From: Acidimicrobiales bacterium | GTDB taxonomy: Bacteria; Actinomycetota; Acidimicrobiia; Acidimicrobiales; AC-9 | Assembly (NCBI GenBank): GCA_036270875.1 | Contig: DATBBR010000074.1 | Location: 1,040-65,039, forward strand | Reading direction: 5' to 3' | DNA: 64,000 nt | In this document: positions 24,859-33,486 of the stretch, in pieces | How positions within the stretch are numbered: the first letter of the stretch is position 1 | Layout: the number at the start of each line of letters is the position of its first letter | Made by a program: the position numbers and the translations under genes | The notes under the pieces: model-generated | Seen by the model: only the letters and a program-made list of their open reading frames with translations | What the model was told of the DNA's origin: nothing | Database searches by the model: none

Positions 24859-25482
24859 TCAGCGACGGCGCTTGCGACGGGTGCCGACCCCCGCCTCGAT
24901 CTCGGCCACCAGCTCTCCGGTCAGGGAGGTCAGGGCCGATCCGGGGCGGCGGCCGTAGGTCGCGGCGATCGCCTCCCGCTGCGGGAGGGCGGTCTTGGCC
25001 AGCCAGACCCGAGCCTCCTCGAGGCTGGCGGTGGCTTCTTCCAATGACCGGGTGCCGGCCCGGACGCGGTTCAGCACCACCATCGCCGGGACGCGGGCCT
25101 CACGAGCCAGGTCCAGGGTCCCGTCCAGCCGGTCGAGGTCAGACCAGCTCGTCTGGGAGGGCACCACCACGACGTCGGCCAGGTCAACAGCGGCGGTGAC
25201 GATGGGTAGCTGGCCGGGAGGCGTGTCGACCACCACCACTGGATAGCCGCCGCCGATCCCGCTCAGGCGACGTCGGAGATCCCGGGTGGGCAGCGCCACC
25301 GTGACCGCCCGGAGCCCGGTGCCCTCCTCGGATGCCGTGTCCGACCAGCGCATGGCCGAGGCCTGGGGGTCGGCGTCCACCAGCAGCGACGATCCGTGCT
25401 CCAGGGCAGCCGCCTCGGCCAGGCCAACGGCAACGGTCGTCTTCCCAACTCCGCCCTTCAGGGCCGCAACGACGATCAGCAC
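24859..25482 (-). CDS. Short ParA/ParF-type Walker-A ATPase
   Basis: KGGVGKTT, LVDADPQAS, VVDTPPG, ADVVVVP, VLNRV; 207 aa with no N-terminal HTH; TAGGCT 6 nt before the GTG. Confidence 0.88.
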   Translation of the reverse strand: MLIVVAALKGGVGKTTVAVGLAEAAALEHGSSLLVDADPQASAMRWSDTASEEGTGLRAVTVALPTRDLRRRLSGIGGGYPVVVVDTPPGQLPIVTAAVDLADVVVVPSQTSWSDLDRLDGTLDLAREARVPAMVVLNRVRAGTRSLEEATASLEEARVWLAKTALPQREAIAATYGRRPGSALTSLTGELVAEIEAGVGTRRKRRR

Positions 25483-25526
25483 GGGCCGAGCCTACGCGCC
25501 CCGGGCCCGGCTCCACCACGACCGGC

Positions 25527-26504
25527 CTAGTCGGTCCAGGGAACGGCGAGCAGGTGCCGCGGCCGAGAGAGGCCCTTGAGGGTCCGTAGACCCCGGTCTT
25601 CCAGCTCGAACCGGCCGTCGAGCCGGTCGGCAACGGCCTCGGTGATCAGCACCTCGGCCGGCTGGGCTTCCGTCGTGACCCGGGCGGCCATGTTGATGAC
25701 CGTCCCCAGCAGGTCCCCGGTCTCCTCCATGGCCTCGCCCGCATGCACGCCGATGCGCACGCTGGGGGCGAACCCGGTGTCCTCACGCTGGCTCTGGAGC
25801 CGCCGCTGGACCTCGATCCCGCAGCGCACGGCGTCGCAGGACGACCCGAACCGGGCCAGAAAGCCGTCGCCCTGGGCGCTGACCTCCTCGCCGCTGTTGA
25901 TCGCAAAGCAGCTCCGCAGCAGGGTCCGACAGCGCGAGCGGATCCGGCTCCACTCCTCGTCGCCGATCACCTCCGTGAGGCGGGTGGAGTCGACGACGTC
26001 GATGAACATAGCGACCACCGGGCGGCGCGCCGATTGGGACGCAGATCCGTTCGGGGGCGGCCGCCCGACCCGGACCGTCGGTGTTGGCCGCTCAAGTTGA
26101 CGGGGCTCGGCGTGCGCCCGGCGCTCCTGGGCCGAACGGACACAGACGGCATGGAGGCCCAGCGCGACTCCCCAGCCGGCCGCCGGAAAGAAGGGCCAGA
26201 AGAAGCCGTGTCCCGTCAGGGCCCAGGTCCCGACCAGAAGGCCGTTGGTCAGCCAGTAGGCGGCGGCATGGAGCCGGAACCCGACGTTCTGCCGAGCGCC
26301 CGGGAGCCGGGGATCGCTGCTGGCCACCGGCTCGAGGTCCCAGACCAGCTCGGCCAGCTCGCCGATCGTGCGGGCCCGGATGGCGGCGTCGAGACGCTGC
26401 TCGAGCTCCTCCAGTCCCAGCTCGCCGGCAGCGGCGCGCAACTGCTCGATCGCCCGCTCTCGGTCCTCAGCGGAGGCGAGGCGCCCCAGGGCCTCGGTTG
26501 CCAC
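25527..26504 (-). CDS. DUF1707 plus 2TM plus class III adenylate/guanylate cyclase
   Basis: ASAEDRERAIEQLR...RARTIGEL (DUF1707); GHGFFWPFFPAAGWGVAL (2TM); MFIDVVDST, QGDGF, RIGVHAGE, GTVINMAARV (cyclase). Confidence 0.88.
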   Translation of the reverse strand: MATEALGRLASAEDRERAIEQLRAAAGELGLEELEQRLDAAIRARTIGELAELVWDLEPVASSDPRLPGARQNVGFRLHAAAYWLTNGLLVGTWALTGHGFFWPFFPAAGWGVALGLHAVCVRSAQERRAHAEPRQLERPTPTVRVGRPPPNGSASQSARRPVVAMFIDVVDSTRLTEVIGDEEWSRIRSRCRTLLRSCFAINSGEEVSAQGDGFLARFGSSCDAVRCGIEVQRRLQSQREDTGFAPSVRIGVHAGEAMEETGDLLGTVINMAARVTTEAQPAEVLITEAVADRLDGRFELEDRGLRTLKGLSRPRHLLAVPWTD

Positions 26505-26580
26505 GCCCGCCAGTATCGTCCATTTTGTGCCGGTTCAGCCACAGAGCGCCGGCCAACGGCAGGCCGGCGGCCCCGCGGTC

Positions 26581-27141
26581 CTATCCGGTGTTGGCGCCGA
26601 AGAAGGTGCGGATCAGGGGCTCGTAGTGCTCCAGCGGCTCGCTCTTGTAGTCGCTGTCGAAGGCCACCTGGTCGTAGTTGGCGCAGAACTCGGCCGTGTA
26701 GTCGAAGAACGGCGACTCCCGGTAGGCGTCCCTGGCGTTCTGGTCGAGCCCGATGTGGTGCCAGAAGTAGTAGCCCTGGAAGATCCCGTGGTGGGCGACC
26801 ATCCAGTGGTTCGCCTTGGACACGAACGGCTCCAGGATGCCGGCGGCGATGGTGGGGTGGTTGTAGGGGGCCAGGGTGTCGCCGATGTCGTGGAGGAGCG
26901 CGCACACCAGGTACTCGTCGTCACGACCGTCTCGCTCGGCTCTGGTGGCCGTCTGCAGCGAGTGCTCGAGGCGGTCGACCGGGAACCCGCCGTAATCGTT
27001 GCGCAGGTAGCCCAGCTGCTCGAGGACACGATCGGCGACCATGCTCTGTGTCACCTGGAGCTGGGGCATGATGGCCGCCCAGTCGTCGCTGGTGGACTCC
27101 TCGAAGCTCTTGAACGAGGCTCGTACGCCCGTGGTCGTCAT
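26581..27141 (-). CDS. HD-domain metalloprotein, PhnZ/TmpB-like subfamily
   Basis: EHSLQTATRA, LLHDIGD, NH, HHGIFQG, YDQ: six-ligand dimetal pattern. Confidence 0.82.
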   Translation of the reverse strand: MTTTGVRASFKSFEESTSDDWAAIMPQLQVTQSMVADRVLEQLGYLRNDYGGFPVDRLEHSLQTATRAERDGRDDEYLVCALLHDIGDTLAPYNHPTIAAGILEPFVSKANHWMVAHHGIFQGYYFWHHIGLDQNARDAYRESPFFDYTAEFCANYDQVAFDSDYKSEPLEHYEPLIRTFFGANTG

Positions 27142-27353
27142 CGGTCCTCGGTCCTCCCACGCTGGGGGTCAGTGCTCATCACGACCTTACCCGGCGGGTG
27201 AGGGCGACGGGCCAGGCGCGGGGAGCGTGGGTTGTCAGTCATGGTGGAACTGCCTTTACTGGTAGTGGTGGCCGCTGGATACCAAGCTTCCTTCCAGGCT
27301 AGAGGTGGCGAGGCGGCGCAGGCCGAGGCACCGAATCGGGGGCGACTGAGGGC

Positions 27354-27875
27354 GTGAGCGACGACCGGACGGTGAGCCGGATCAGCGTGCAGGTGAACGG
27401 CCGGCGACGGGAGCTGTCAATCGACAACCGGACGACCCTTCTCGACGCTCTACGCGAGCACCTCGATCTTGTCGGATCGAAGAAGGGCTGCGATCACGGT
27501 CAGTGTGGAGCCTGCACCCTCCTCGTCGACGGTCGCCGGGTCAACAGCTGCCTGATCTTCGCAGTGGCGGTGGAGGACGCCGTCGTCACCACCATCGAGG
27601 GCCTCGGCGACGAGGACGACATGCACCCGCTGCAACGCTCGTTCGTGGATCGCGATGCCCTCCAGTGCGGCTACTGCACCCCCGGACAGATCTGCTCGGC
27701 GGTGGGGATGCTGGCGGAGGTCGAAGCGGGCTGGCCGAGCGCCGTTACCACCGAGTTGAGCAGCGAGCGGGCGACGCTCGACGCCAGCGAGGTCCGGGAG
27801 CGGATGAGCGGCAACCTCTGCCGCTGCGGCGCGTACGCCAACATCGTCCCTGCGATCCTCGACGCGCTCCGATGA
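27354..27875 (+). CDS. paoA: 2Fe-2S subunit of an aldehyde oxidoreductase (PaoA/YagT-like)
   Basis: KKGCDHGQCGACT, CLIFA, QCGYCTPGQ, MSGNLCRCGAY. Confidence 0.88.
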   Translation: MSDDRTVSRISVQVNGRRRELSIDNRTTLLDALREHLDLVGSKKGCDHGQCGACTLLVDGRRVNSCLIFAVAVEDAVVTTIEGLGDEDDMHPLQRSFVDRDALQCGYCTPGQICSAVGMLAEVEAGWPSAVTTELSSERATLDASEVRERMSGNLCRCGAYANIVPAILDALR

Positions 27876-28867
27876 GGCGGTTTGCCTACGAGCGGCCAGC
27901 CGACACGGCGGGGGCCGTAGCGGCCGTGGCCGGCTCGTCGCCTGCCGCGCCAGCGGCGTTTCTCGCCGGCGGTACCAACCTGGTCGACCTGATGAAGCTC
28001 GGTGTCGAGGCCCCCGAGCTCCTCGTCGACATCACCCGGCTGCCGCTCGACCGTATCGAGAGGACCGACAGAGGCGTCCGGATAGGCGCCGGCGTCCGCA
28101 ACAGTGACCTGGTCGCCGACCTCGTGATCCGACGCCAGCTGCCGGTTCTCGCCAGAGCCGTGCTGAACGGCGCCTCGGGCCAGCTGCGGAACATGGCGAC
28201 CGTGGGCGGCAATCTCCTCCAGCGCACCCGCTGTCTGTACTTCCAGGACGTCACCAAGCCGTGCAACAAGCGCATTCCCGGATCGGGCTGCCCAGCGCTG
28301 GAAGGCGATCACCGAAATCTCGCCATTCTCGGTGCGTCTCCGTCGTGCATCGCCACCCACCCCTCGGACATGGCTGTGGCGCTGGTCGCCCTCGATGCGG
28401 TCGTCCATCTCGAGGAGGGTGGTGGACAGCGCGCCATACCCATCACCGAGCTGTACCGCCTACCCGGCGACGAGCCCCATCGGGACACGACGCTGCCCCT
28501 CGGCTCGCTGATCACTGCGGTCGAGGTCCCGTCCCTGAGCTTCAGCAGCCGCTCCACCTACCGAAAGGTCCGGGACCGGGCCTCGTATGCATTTGCCGTC
28601 GTCTCGGTGGCGGCCGCCCTCGACGTGCAGGACGGCATGGTGCGCGACGTGCGTCTGGCCCTTGGTGCCGTCGCTCCGGTGCCGTGGCGCGCCCACCGGG
28701 CGGAGGAGAACCTGCGGGGGCAGCCGGCGACCGAAGGAAGCTTCCGGCTCGCAGCCGAGGCCGAGCTGGCCGAGGCCCGACCACTGCGCGACAACGGATT
28801 CAAGGTTCCTCTGATGAGCAACGTGATCACGCGCTCGCTCGCCGAGCTCGCGGGGCTCGGCTCGTGA
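27872..28867 (+). CDS. paoB: FAD-binding subunit (PaoB/YagS-like)
   Basis: AGGTNLVDLMK, GASGQLRNMATVGGNLLQRTRC, CNKR...GC...CIATHPSD, KVRDRASYAFA; ATGA overlap. Confidence 0.88.
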   Translation: MRRFAYERPADTAGAVAAVAGSSPAAPAAFLAGGTNLVDLMKLGVEAPELLVDITRLPLDRIERTDRGVRIGAGVRNSDLVADLVIRRQLPVLARAVLNGASGQLRNMATVGGNLLQRTRCLYFQDVTKPCNKRIPGSGCPALEGDHRNLAILGASPSCIATHPSDMAVALVALDAVVHLEEGGGQRAIPITELYRLPGDEPHRDTTLPLGSLITAVEVPSLSFSSRSTYRKVRDRASYAFAVVSVAAALDVQDGMVRDVRLALGAVAPVPWRAHRAEENLRGQPATEGSFRLAAEAELAEARPLRDNGFKVPLMSNVITRSLAELAGLGS

Positions 28868-30966
28868 CCGTCATCACCGAGCCGGTCAGGCGATCGACCG
28901 GCGCGGCCGTCAGCCGGGTCGAGGGACCGGACAAGGTGACGGGAAAGGCCCGCTACGCGTTCGAGCATCCCCTCGACGACATCGCCTACGCCTGGCCGGT
29001 CGCCTCGACGATCGCCAAGGGGGAGATCCGTACCATCAGAGCCGACGCCGCGCTCGCCCTTCCGGGGGTGCTGGCGGTGATCACGCCGGACAACGCGCCA
29101 CGGCTTGTTGTCACCGAGGACGCCGAGCTGGCGCTGTTCCAGTCGCGCTCGGTCGCCTATCGCGGTCAGCTCGTGGCAGCGGTCGTGGCGACGACCCTCG
29201 AGGTCGCGCGTGACGCCGCCGAGCAGATGACGGTCGACTACGCCGCCGCGAGCCATGATGTCACCCTGACGCCGGACCACCCCGGCGTGTACGCGCCGGA
29301 ACACGTCAATCCGAATTTCGACACCGATTCGATGGTGGGCGACTTCGCCGCCGGGTTCTCGAGCGCGGCGGTGCGAGTCGACCAGACGTACCGGACGCCC
29401 GCCGAGCACAACAACCCGATGGAGCCCCACGCCACGGTCGCGGCATGGGACGGTGACCGGCTGACGCTGATCGACTCCAGCCAGGGGCCGCCCCGCGCCA
29501 AGCCGACGATCGCCCGCTTGTTCGACCTTGATCCCTCCCAGGTCCGCGTCCTCTCCGAGCACGTCGGCGGGGGGTTCGGGTCGAAGGGCTTCGTCAGGGC
29601 CAACGTCGTCCTGGCGGCCATGGCCGCGAGAGTCGTCCAACGTCCCGTGAAGTGCGCCCTCACCCGCCAGCAGATGTTCTCCCTCGTCGGCCACCGGTGC
29701 CCCTCGATCCAGCGTGTCCAGCTGGGTGCCGACGGCGATGGTCGCCTCGTTGCCATCGCCCACGACGTCGTGGAGCAGAGCTCGACCCTGAAGGAGTTCG
29801 CCGAGCAGACCGCGGTCGCCACTCGCCACATGTACGCCGCTCCGCACCGGCGGACGACGCACCGGCTGGCGCGGCTCGACGTCCCGACGCCATCGTGGAT
29901 GCGGGCGCCAGGGGAGTGTCCGGGCATGTACGCGCTCGAATCGGCGATGGACGAGCTGGCCCAGGGCTGCGATCTCGATCCGGTCGAGCTCCGCATCCGG
30001 AACGAGCCCACCACCGATCCCGAGACTGGCCAACCCTTCTCGAGCCGCAACCTGGTGGCGTGCCTGCGCGAGGGGGCAGCCCGGTTCGGCTGGGAGCGAC
30101 GGGACCCCAGGCCGGGCGTGCGGCGGGAAGGAGCCTGGCTGGTCGGCACGGGAGTGGCGTCGTCGACCTATCCGGCGCGAGCCCTTCCATCGAGCGCCCG
30201 CGTCGACGTCGACGACTCGGGCCGCTTCGAGGTGTCGATCGCGGCCGTCGACATCGGCACGGGGGCGCGGACGGCACTGCTGCTCATCGCGGCCGAGTCG
30301 CTCGGGGTCCCGACCGACGCGATCGAGCTGCACATCGGCGACAGCGCGCTACCGGACGCCATGATCGCCGGCGGCTCCATGGGCACCGCGTCGTGGACGT
30401 GGGCCATCGTCAAGGCCTGTCGCGCCCTCCGGGAGCGCGTCGAGCGCGACCACGGTGGGACCGTGCCGACGGGCGGGCTGTCGGCAGAGGCGACCACCGA
30501 GGCGGACGTTGCCAACCTTCCCAGATCCGCCCGGTATTCGTTCGGGGCGCAGTTCGCCGAGGTGCGGGTGGACAGTGATACGGGTGAGGTTCGCGTCCCT
30601 CGCCTGCTCGGCGTGTTCGCGGCGGGACGCATCGTCAACGCCACGACGGCACGTTCGCAGCTCATCGGCGGCATGACGATGGGGCTCTCCATGGCCCTGC
30701 ACGAGGAGAGCGCCCTCGATCCCGAGTTCGGCGACTTCCCGAACCACGACCTGGCGAGCTACCACGTGGCCGCGTGCGCCGACGTGATGGAGATCGAGGC
30801 GATCTGGATCGACGAGGAGGAGCCCGAGCTGGGTCCCATCGGGGCGAAGGGCATCGGCGAGATCGGCATCGTGGGCACGGCCGCCGCCATCGCCAACGCC
30901 GCTCATCACGCCACGGGGATCCGCGTGCGCGACCTGCCCCTCCGCCTCGACAGGATGCTGCGCTGA
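28864..30966 (+). CDS. paoC: Molybdopterin-binding subunit (PaoC/YagR-like)
   Basis: DKVTGKARY, HNNPMEPHA, VGGGFGSKG, WMRAPGE, DIGTG, AGGSMGT, KGIGEIGIVG; GTGA overlap. Confidence 0.9.
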   Translation: MTVITEPVRRSTGAAVSRVEGPDKVTGKARYAFEHPLDDIAYAWPVASTIAKGEIRTIRADAALALPGVLAVITPDNAPRLVVTEDAELALFQSRSVAYRGQLVAAVVATTLEVARDAAEQMTVDYAAASHDVTLTPDHPGVYAPEHVNPNFDTDSMVGDFAAGFSSAAVRVDQTYRTPAEHNNPMEPHATVAAWDGDRLTLIDSSQGPPRAKPTIARLFDLDPSQVRVLSEHVGGGFGSKGFVRANVVLAAMAARVVQRPVKCALTRQQMFSLVGHRCPSIQRVQLGADGDGRLVAIAHDVVEQSSTLKEFAEQTAVATRHMYAAPHRRTTHRLARLDVPTPSWMRAPGECPGMYALESAMDELAQGCDLDPVELRIRNEPTTDPETGQPFSSRNLVACLREGAARFGWERRDPRPGVRREGAWLVGTGVASSTYPARALPSSARVDVDDSGRFEVSIAAVDIGTGARTALLLIAAESLGVPTDAIELHIGDSALPDAMIAGGSMGTASWTWAIVKACRALRERVERDHGGTVPTGGLSAEATTEADVANLPRSARYSFGAQFAEVRVDSDTGEVRVPRLLGVFAAGRIVNATTARSQLIGGMTMGLSMALHEESALDPEFGDFPNHDLASYHVAACADVMEIEAIWIDEEEPELGPIGAKGIGEIGIVGTAAAIANAAHHATGIRVRDLPLRLDRMLR

Positions 30967-30986
30967 GCGAGAGCGCTAGCGTCCTG

Positions 30987-31430
30987 TCACGGCTGTACGA
31001 GCCACTGGGCAAGCTCGATCGTCACGCCGCCGGGACCCCCCAGGAAGACGAGCCGCCGGTCGTGGAACGTCATGACCTCGTTCCTGGTGCCGAAGCCACC
31101 CGACTGCACCCGCTCGATCATGGCGTCGATGTCGTCGACGCGGAAGCACACGTGGTTGAACCCGGTTCGGGCCAGGTTGCCGGTCTCGCCGTCGACCTGG
31201 ACCGCGGGATTGTGGAACCGCAGCAGCTGCACCTCCTGGTGGGTCTCTGCACCCGTCAGGGCGAGGGTCACGTGGTCGGCCTCCCAGTCAGCGATGCCCA
31301 TGTACTTCGACAAGGCGTCCCCGCTCACCACGACACTCTTGGACTCCTCGAAGCCGAGCACCTCGAAGAACCGCGTCGCCTCGTCCAGATCGGTCACCAC
31401 GATGGTCACATGATCAAACCCTGGCTGCAT
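30987..31430 (-). CDS. VOC/glyoxalase family protein
   Basis: FDHVTIVVTDLDEATRFF, GFNHVCFRVDDID, GPGGVTIELAQ. Confidence 0.85.
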   Translation of the reverse strand: MQPGFDHVTIVVTDLDEATRFFEVLGFEESKSVVVSGDALSKYMGIADWEADHVTLALTGAETHQEVQLLRFHNPAVQVDGETGNLARTGFNHVCFRVDDIDAMIERVQSGGFGTRNEVMTFHDRRLVFLGGPGGVTIELAQWLVQP

Positions 31431-31549
31431 TCGCCGCTCCTGGCCTCGTAGCACCCTTCACTGTACGACGACGCCGCGCTCAGCGGCGGCTGAACGCCGA
31501 GCACGAATCCCTTATGACCTAAACGCCCCACCCTGGCGGGCTCAAGGCG

Positions 31550-32605
31550 TCAGGCGCGGGCTTCGAGGATGAGGTTCAAGGGCGTCTCCGCCGCCCGGCC
31601 GAACTTGTTGAAGCCGGCCTGGTCGAACACCTCCCGCATCCTGGCCTCGCCCGCCTGGGCGCCCAGTCCCAGCCCCACTTCCTGGGAGAGCGAGTTCGGT
31701 GTGCAGATCGACGCCGACGCCGTATAGATCAGCGCCGCCATGGGGTTCTGGGCGAGGTTGGCAGCCCGACCGTCGAGGGCGAAGGGCTCGACCAGCAGCA
31801 CGGTGCCGGCGGGCTCGAGGTGCTCGCGTGCGTACCGTGCGATGCCCACCGGATCGCCCATGTCGTGGAGACAGTCGAAGAAGCAGATCAGGTCGAAGGT
31901 GCCGTCGTAGCCCTTCGCCGTGGCCACCTCGAACTCGGTGCGATCGCTCACGCCTGCGGCGGAGGCCCGGTGGCGGGCCGTCTCGATCGACGGCTTGTGG
32001 AAGTCGAAGCCCCAGAACCGCGACTCGGGATAGGCGTCGGCCATCACCACGACGGACGCGCCGTGGCCGCACCCGACGTCGGCGACCTTGGCCCCGGCGT
32101 GCAGCTTTGACTCGACGCCGTCCAGGGCCGGAATCCAGGCGCTGGGCAGATAGGCGCGGTAGCCGGTGCGGAAGAACCACTCGGTACCCGAGAAGAGACA
32201 GGGGTGGTGGTCACCCCAGCTCAGGCCGCCGTCGCCGAGAAACGCATTCTTCACCTTGTCGATGTCCATGAACAACGACCCGAGGGTGTTCATGGCTCGG
32301 GCCACGAAGACCGGCGCGTCGTCGTCGGCCAGGGCCAGGGCTGCCTCCTCGCTCAGGTCGTACGAGTCGCCGGCCGGGTCGTAGCCGACCAGCCCCGCTG
32401 CCGCCTGACCGTCGAGCCACTCCCGCACCAGACGGGGGTTGCACCCCGCCTTGGCTGCCACCTCGTCGGCGGCCATCGAGCCGGATCCGGCCATCGCCCG
32501 GTAGAGCCCGAGCTCGTCGCCCACCCACACGCCGAAGCAAATTGCTCCTCCGGTCATGTAGCCGACCATCTGGCCCATCAGCTCTTCGACGCGTGCCTCG
32601 TCCAT
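31550..32605 (-). CDS. Class I SAM-dependent methyltransferase with N-terminal winged helix (Rv2258c-like)
   Basis: GDELGLYRAM, RLVREWL, VADVGCGHG, GFDFH, FFDCLHDMGDP, SLSQEVGLGLGAQAG. Confidence 0.88.
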   Translation of the reverse strand: MDEARVEELMGQMVGYMTGGAICFGVWVGDELGLYRAMAGSGSMAADEVAAKAGCNPRLVREWLDGQAAAGLVGYDPAGDSYDLSEEAALALADDDAPVFVARAMNTLGSLFMDIDKVKNAFLGDGGLSWGDHHPCLFSGTEWFFRTGYRAYLPSAWIPALDGVESKLHAGAKVADVGCGHGASVVVMADAYPESRFWGFDFHKPSIETARHRASAAGVSDRTEFEVATAKGYDGTFDLICFFDCLHDMGDPVGIARYAREHLEPAGTVLLVEPFALDGRAANLAQNPMAALIYTASASICTPNSLSQEVGLGLGAQAGEARMREVFDQAGFNKFGRAAETPLNLILEARA

Positions 32606-32739
32606 GTCATGCCCCCCGTGCTCTGGGCCGGCCTCCAATGTCGATCGGCGCCGTTGCGGCAAGTGTAGGAACGTTCGCTCAGGAGTGCCGGGTCGAGCGA
32701 GGACCGCCTCGACCAGAAAGAAGCACGGGTCAGCCGCTT

Positions 32740-33486
32740 TCAGCTGCTCACCGGCCGCTGCTCTTCACGGTCGGCCTCGATGAGCCGGTAGGCGAGCTCG
32801 ACCTGGACCAGGCCGGTGCCGATCGCGACGACGATCGTCACCAGCAGTCGCACACCGATGTCGATCCATAGCGGCTCCCCGTGCACGGCGTCCTGAACTG
32901 ACGTGCCGATCCAGTCGGCGATCCAGAACGGGACCGTCACCAGGATCAAGGTCAAGCCGAAACGGCCGCGCACGAGCCGAGCAGATCGCCGTATGGCCCG
33001 GAGCGCCGACTCTCTCTCGATGTTGATGATCGGGCCCGACAGACACAGCAGCGTGAACACCACCACTCCCGGCACGATCAATGCGAAGAGGCCGGCGATG
33101 ACGAGGACGGTGAGGAGCACGTCGGCCAGGATCAACCGTCCGTAGGGAAGCGTGCGCAGCACCGTGAGGATCCCCTGCTCCGGGGCTCCGTACCTGGCCT
33201 GGCCCACCATGCGCTCGAGCAGCCCGGCGAAGAAGACCTCACCGAAGACATCGATGGCAAACGCCAAGAACCCGACTGGGACGGCCACGGCTGCCGCTGC
33301 GTCGGCGCCCCAGGCGTCGATGACCGTCTCGGCCACGGCCGAGATCCCGAAGACGATGATCGCGGCGACGAGGACACGTTTCCAGTGGACGCTCCCGGCA
33401 TGGGCAGCGCCTGCGACAACCTGGCGGCCACGAATCGCGTGTCGACCTCGGTCGCTACGCCCGCCCAACCTCGACCGCCGTGTCAC
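32740..33486 (-). CDS. Hypothetical multi-pass membrane protein
   Basis: About five hydrophobic segments and AIRRSARLVRG; GTG at 33486 in a GTGA overlap with the Rieske gene stop. Confidence 0.65.
   Translation of the reverse strand: MTRRSRLGGRSDRGRHAIRGRQVVAGAAHAGSVHWKRVLVAAIIVFGISAVAETVIDAWGADAAAAVAVPVGFLAFAIDVFGEVFFAGLLERMVGQARYGAPEQGILTVLRTLPYGRLILADVLLTVLVIAGLFALIVPGVVVFTLLCLSGPIINIERESALRAIRRSARLVRGRFGLTLILVTVPFWIADWIGTSVQDAVHGEPLWIDIGVRLLVTIVVAIGTGLVQVELAYRLIEADREEQRPVSS

Noticed and set aside
25527-26504. Pycsar or CBASS defence system
   Set aside because: The TM segment is fused and of the DUF1707-2TM type; there is no separate effector gene or defence-island context
27142-27353. 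Regulatory RNA or operator between the HD gene and paoA
   Set aside because: No convincing palindrome, repeat or hairpin found by eye
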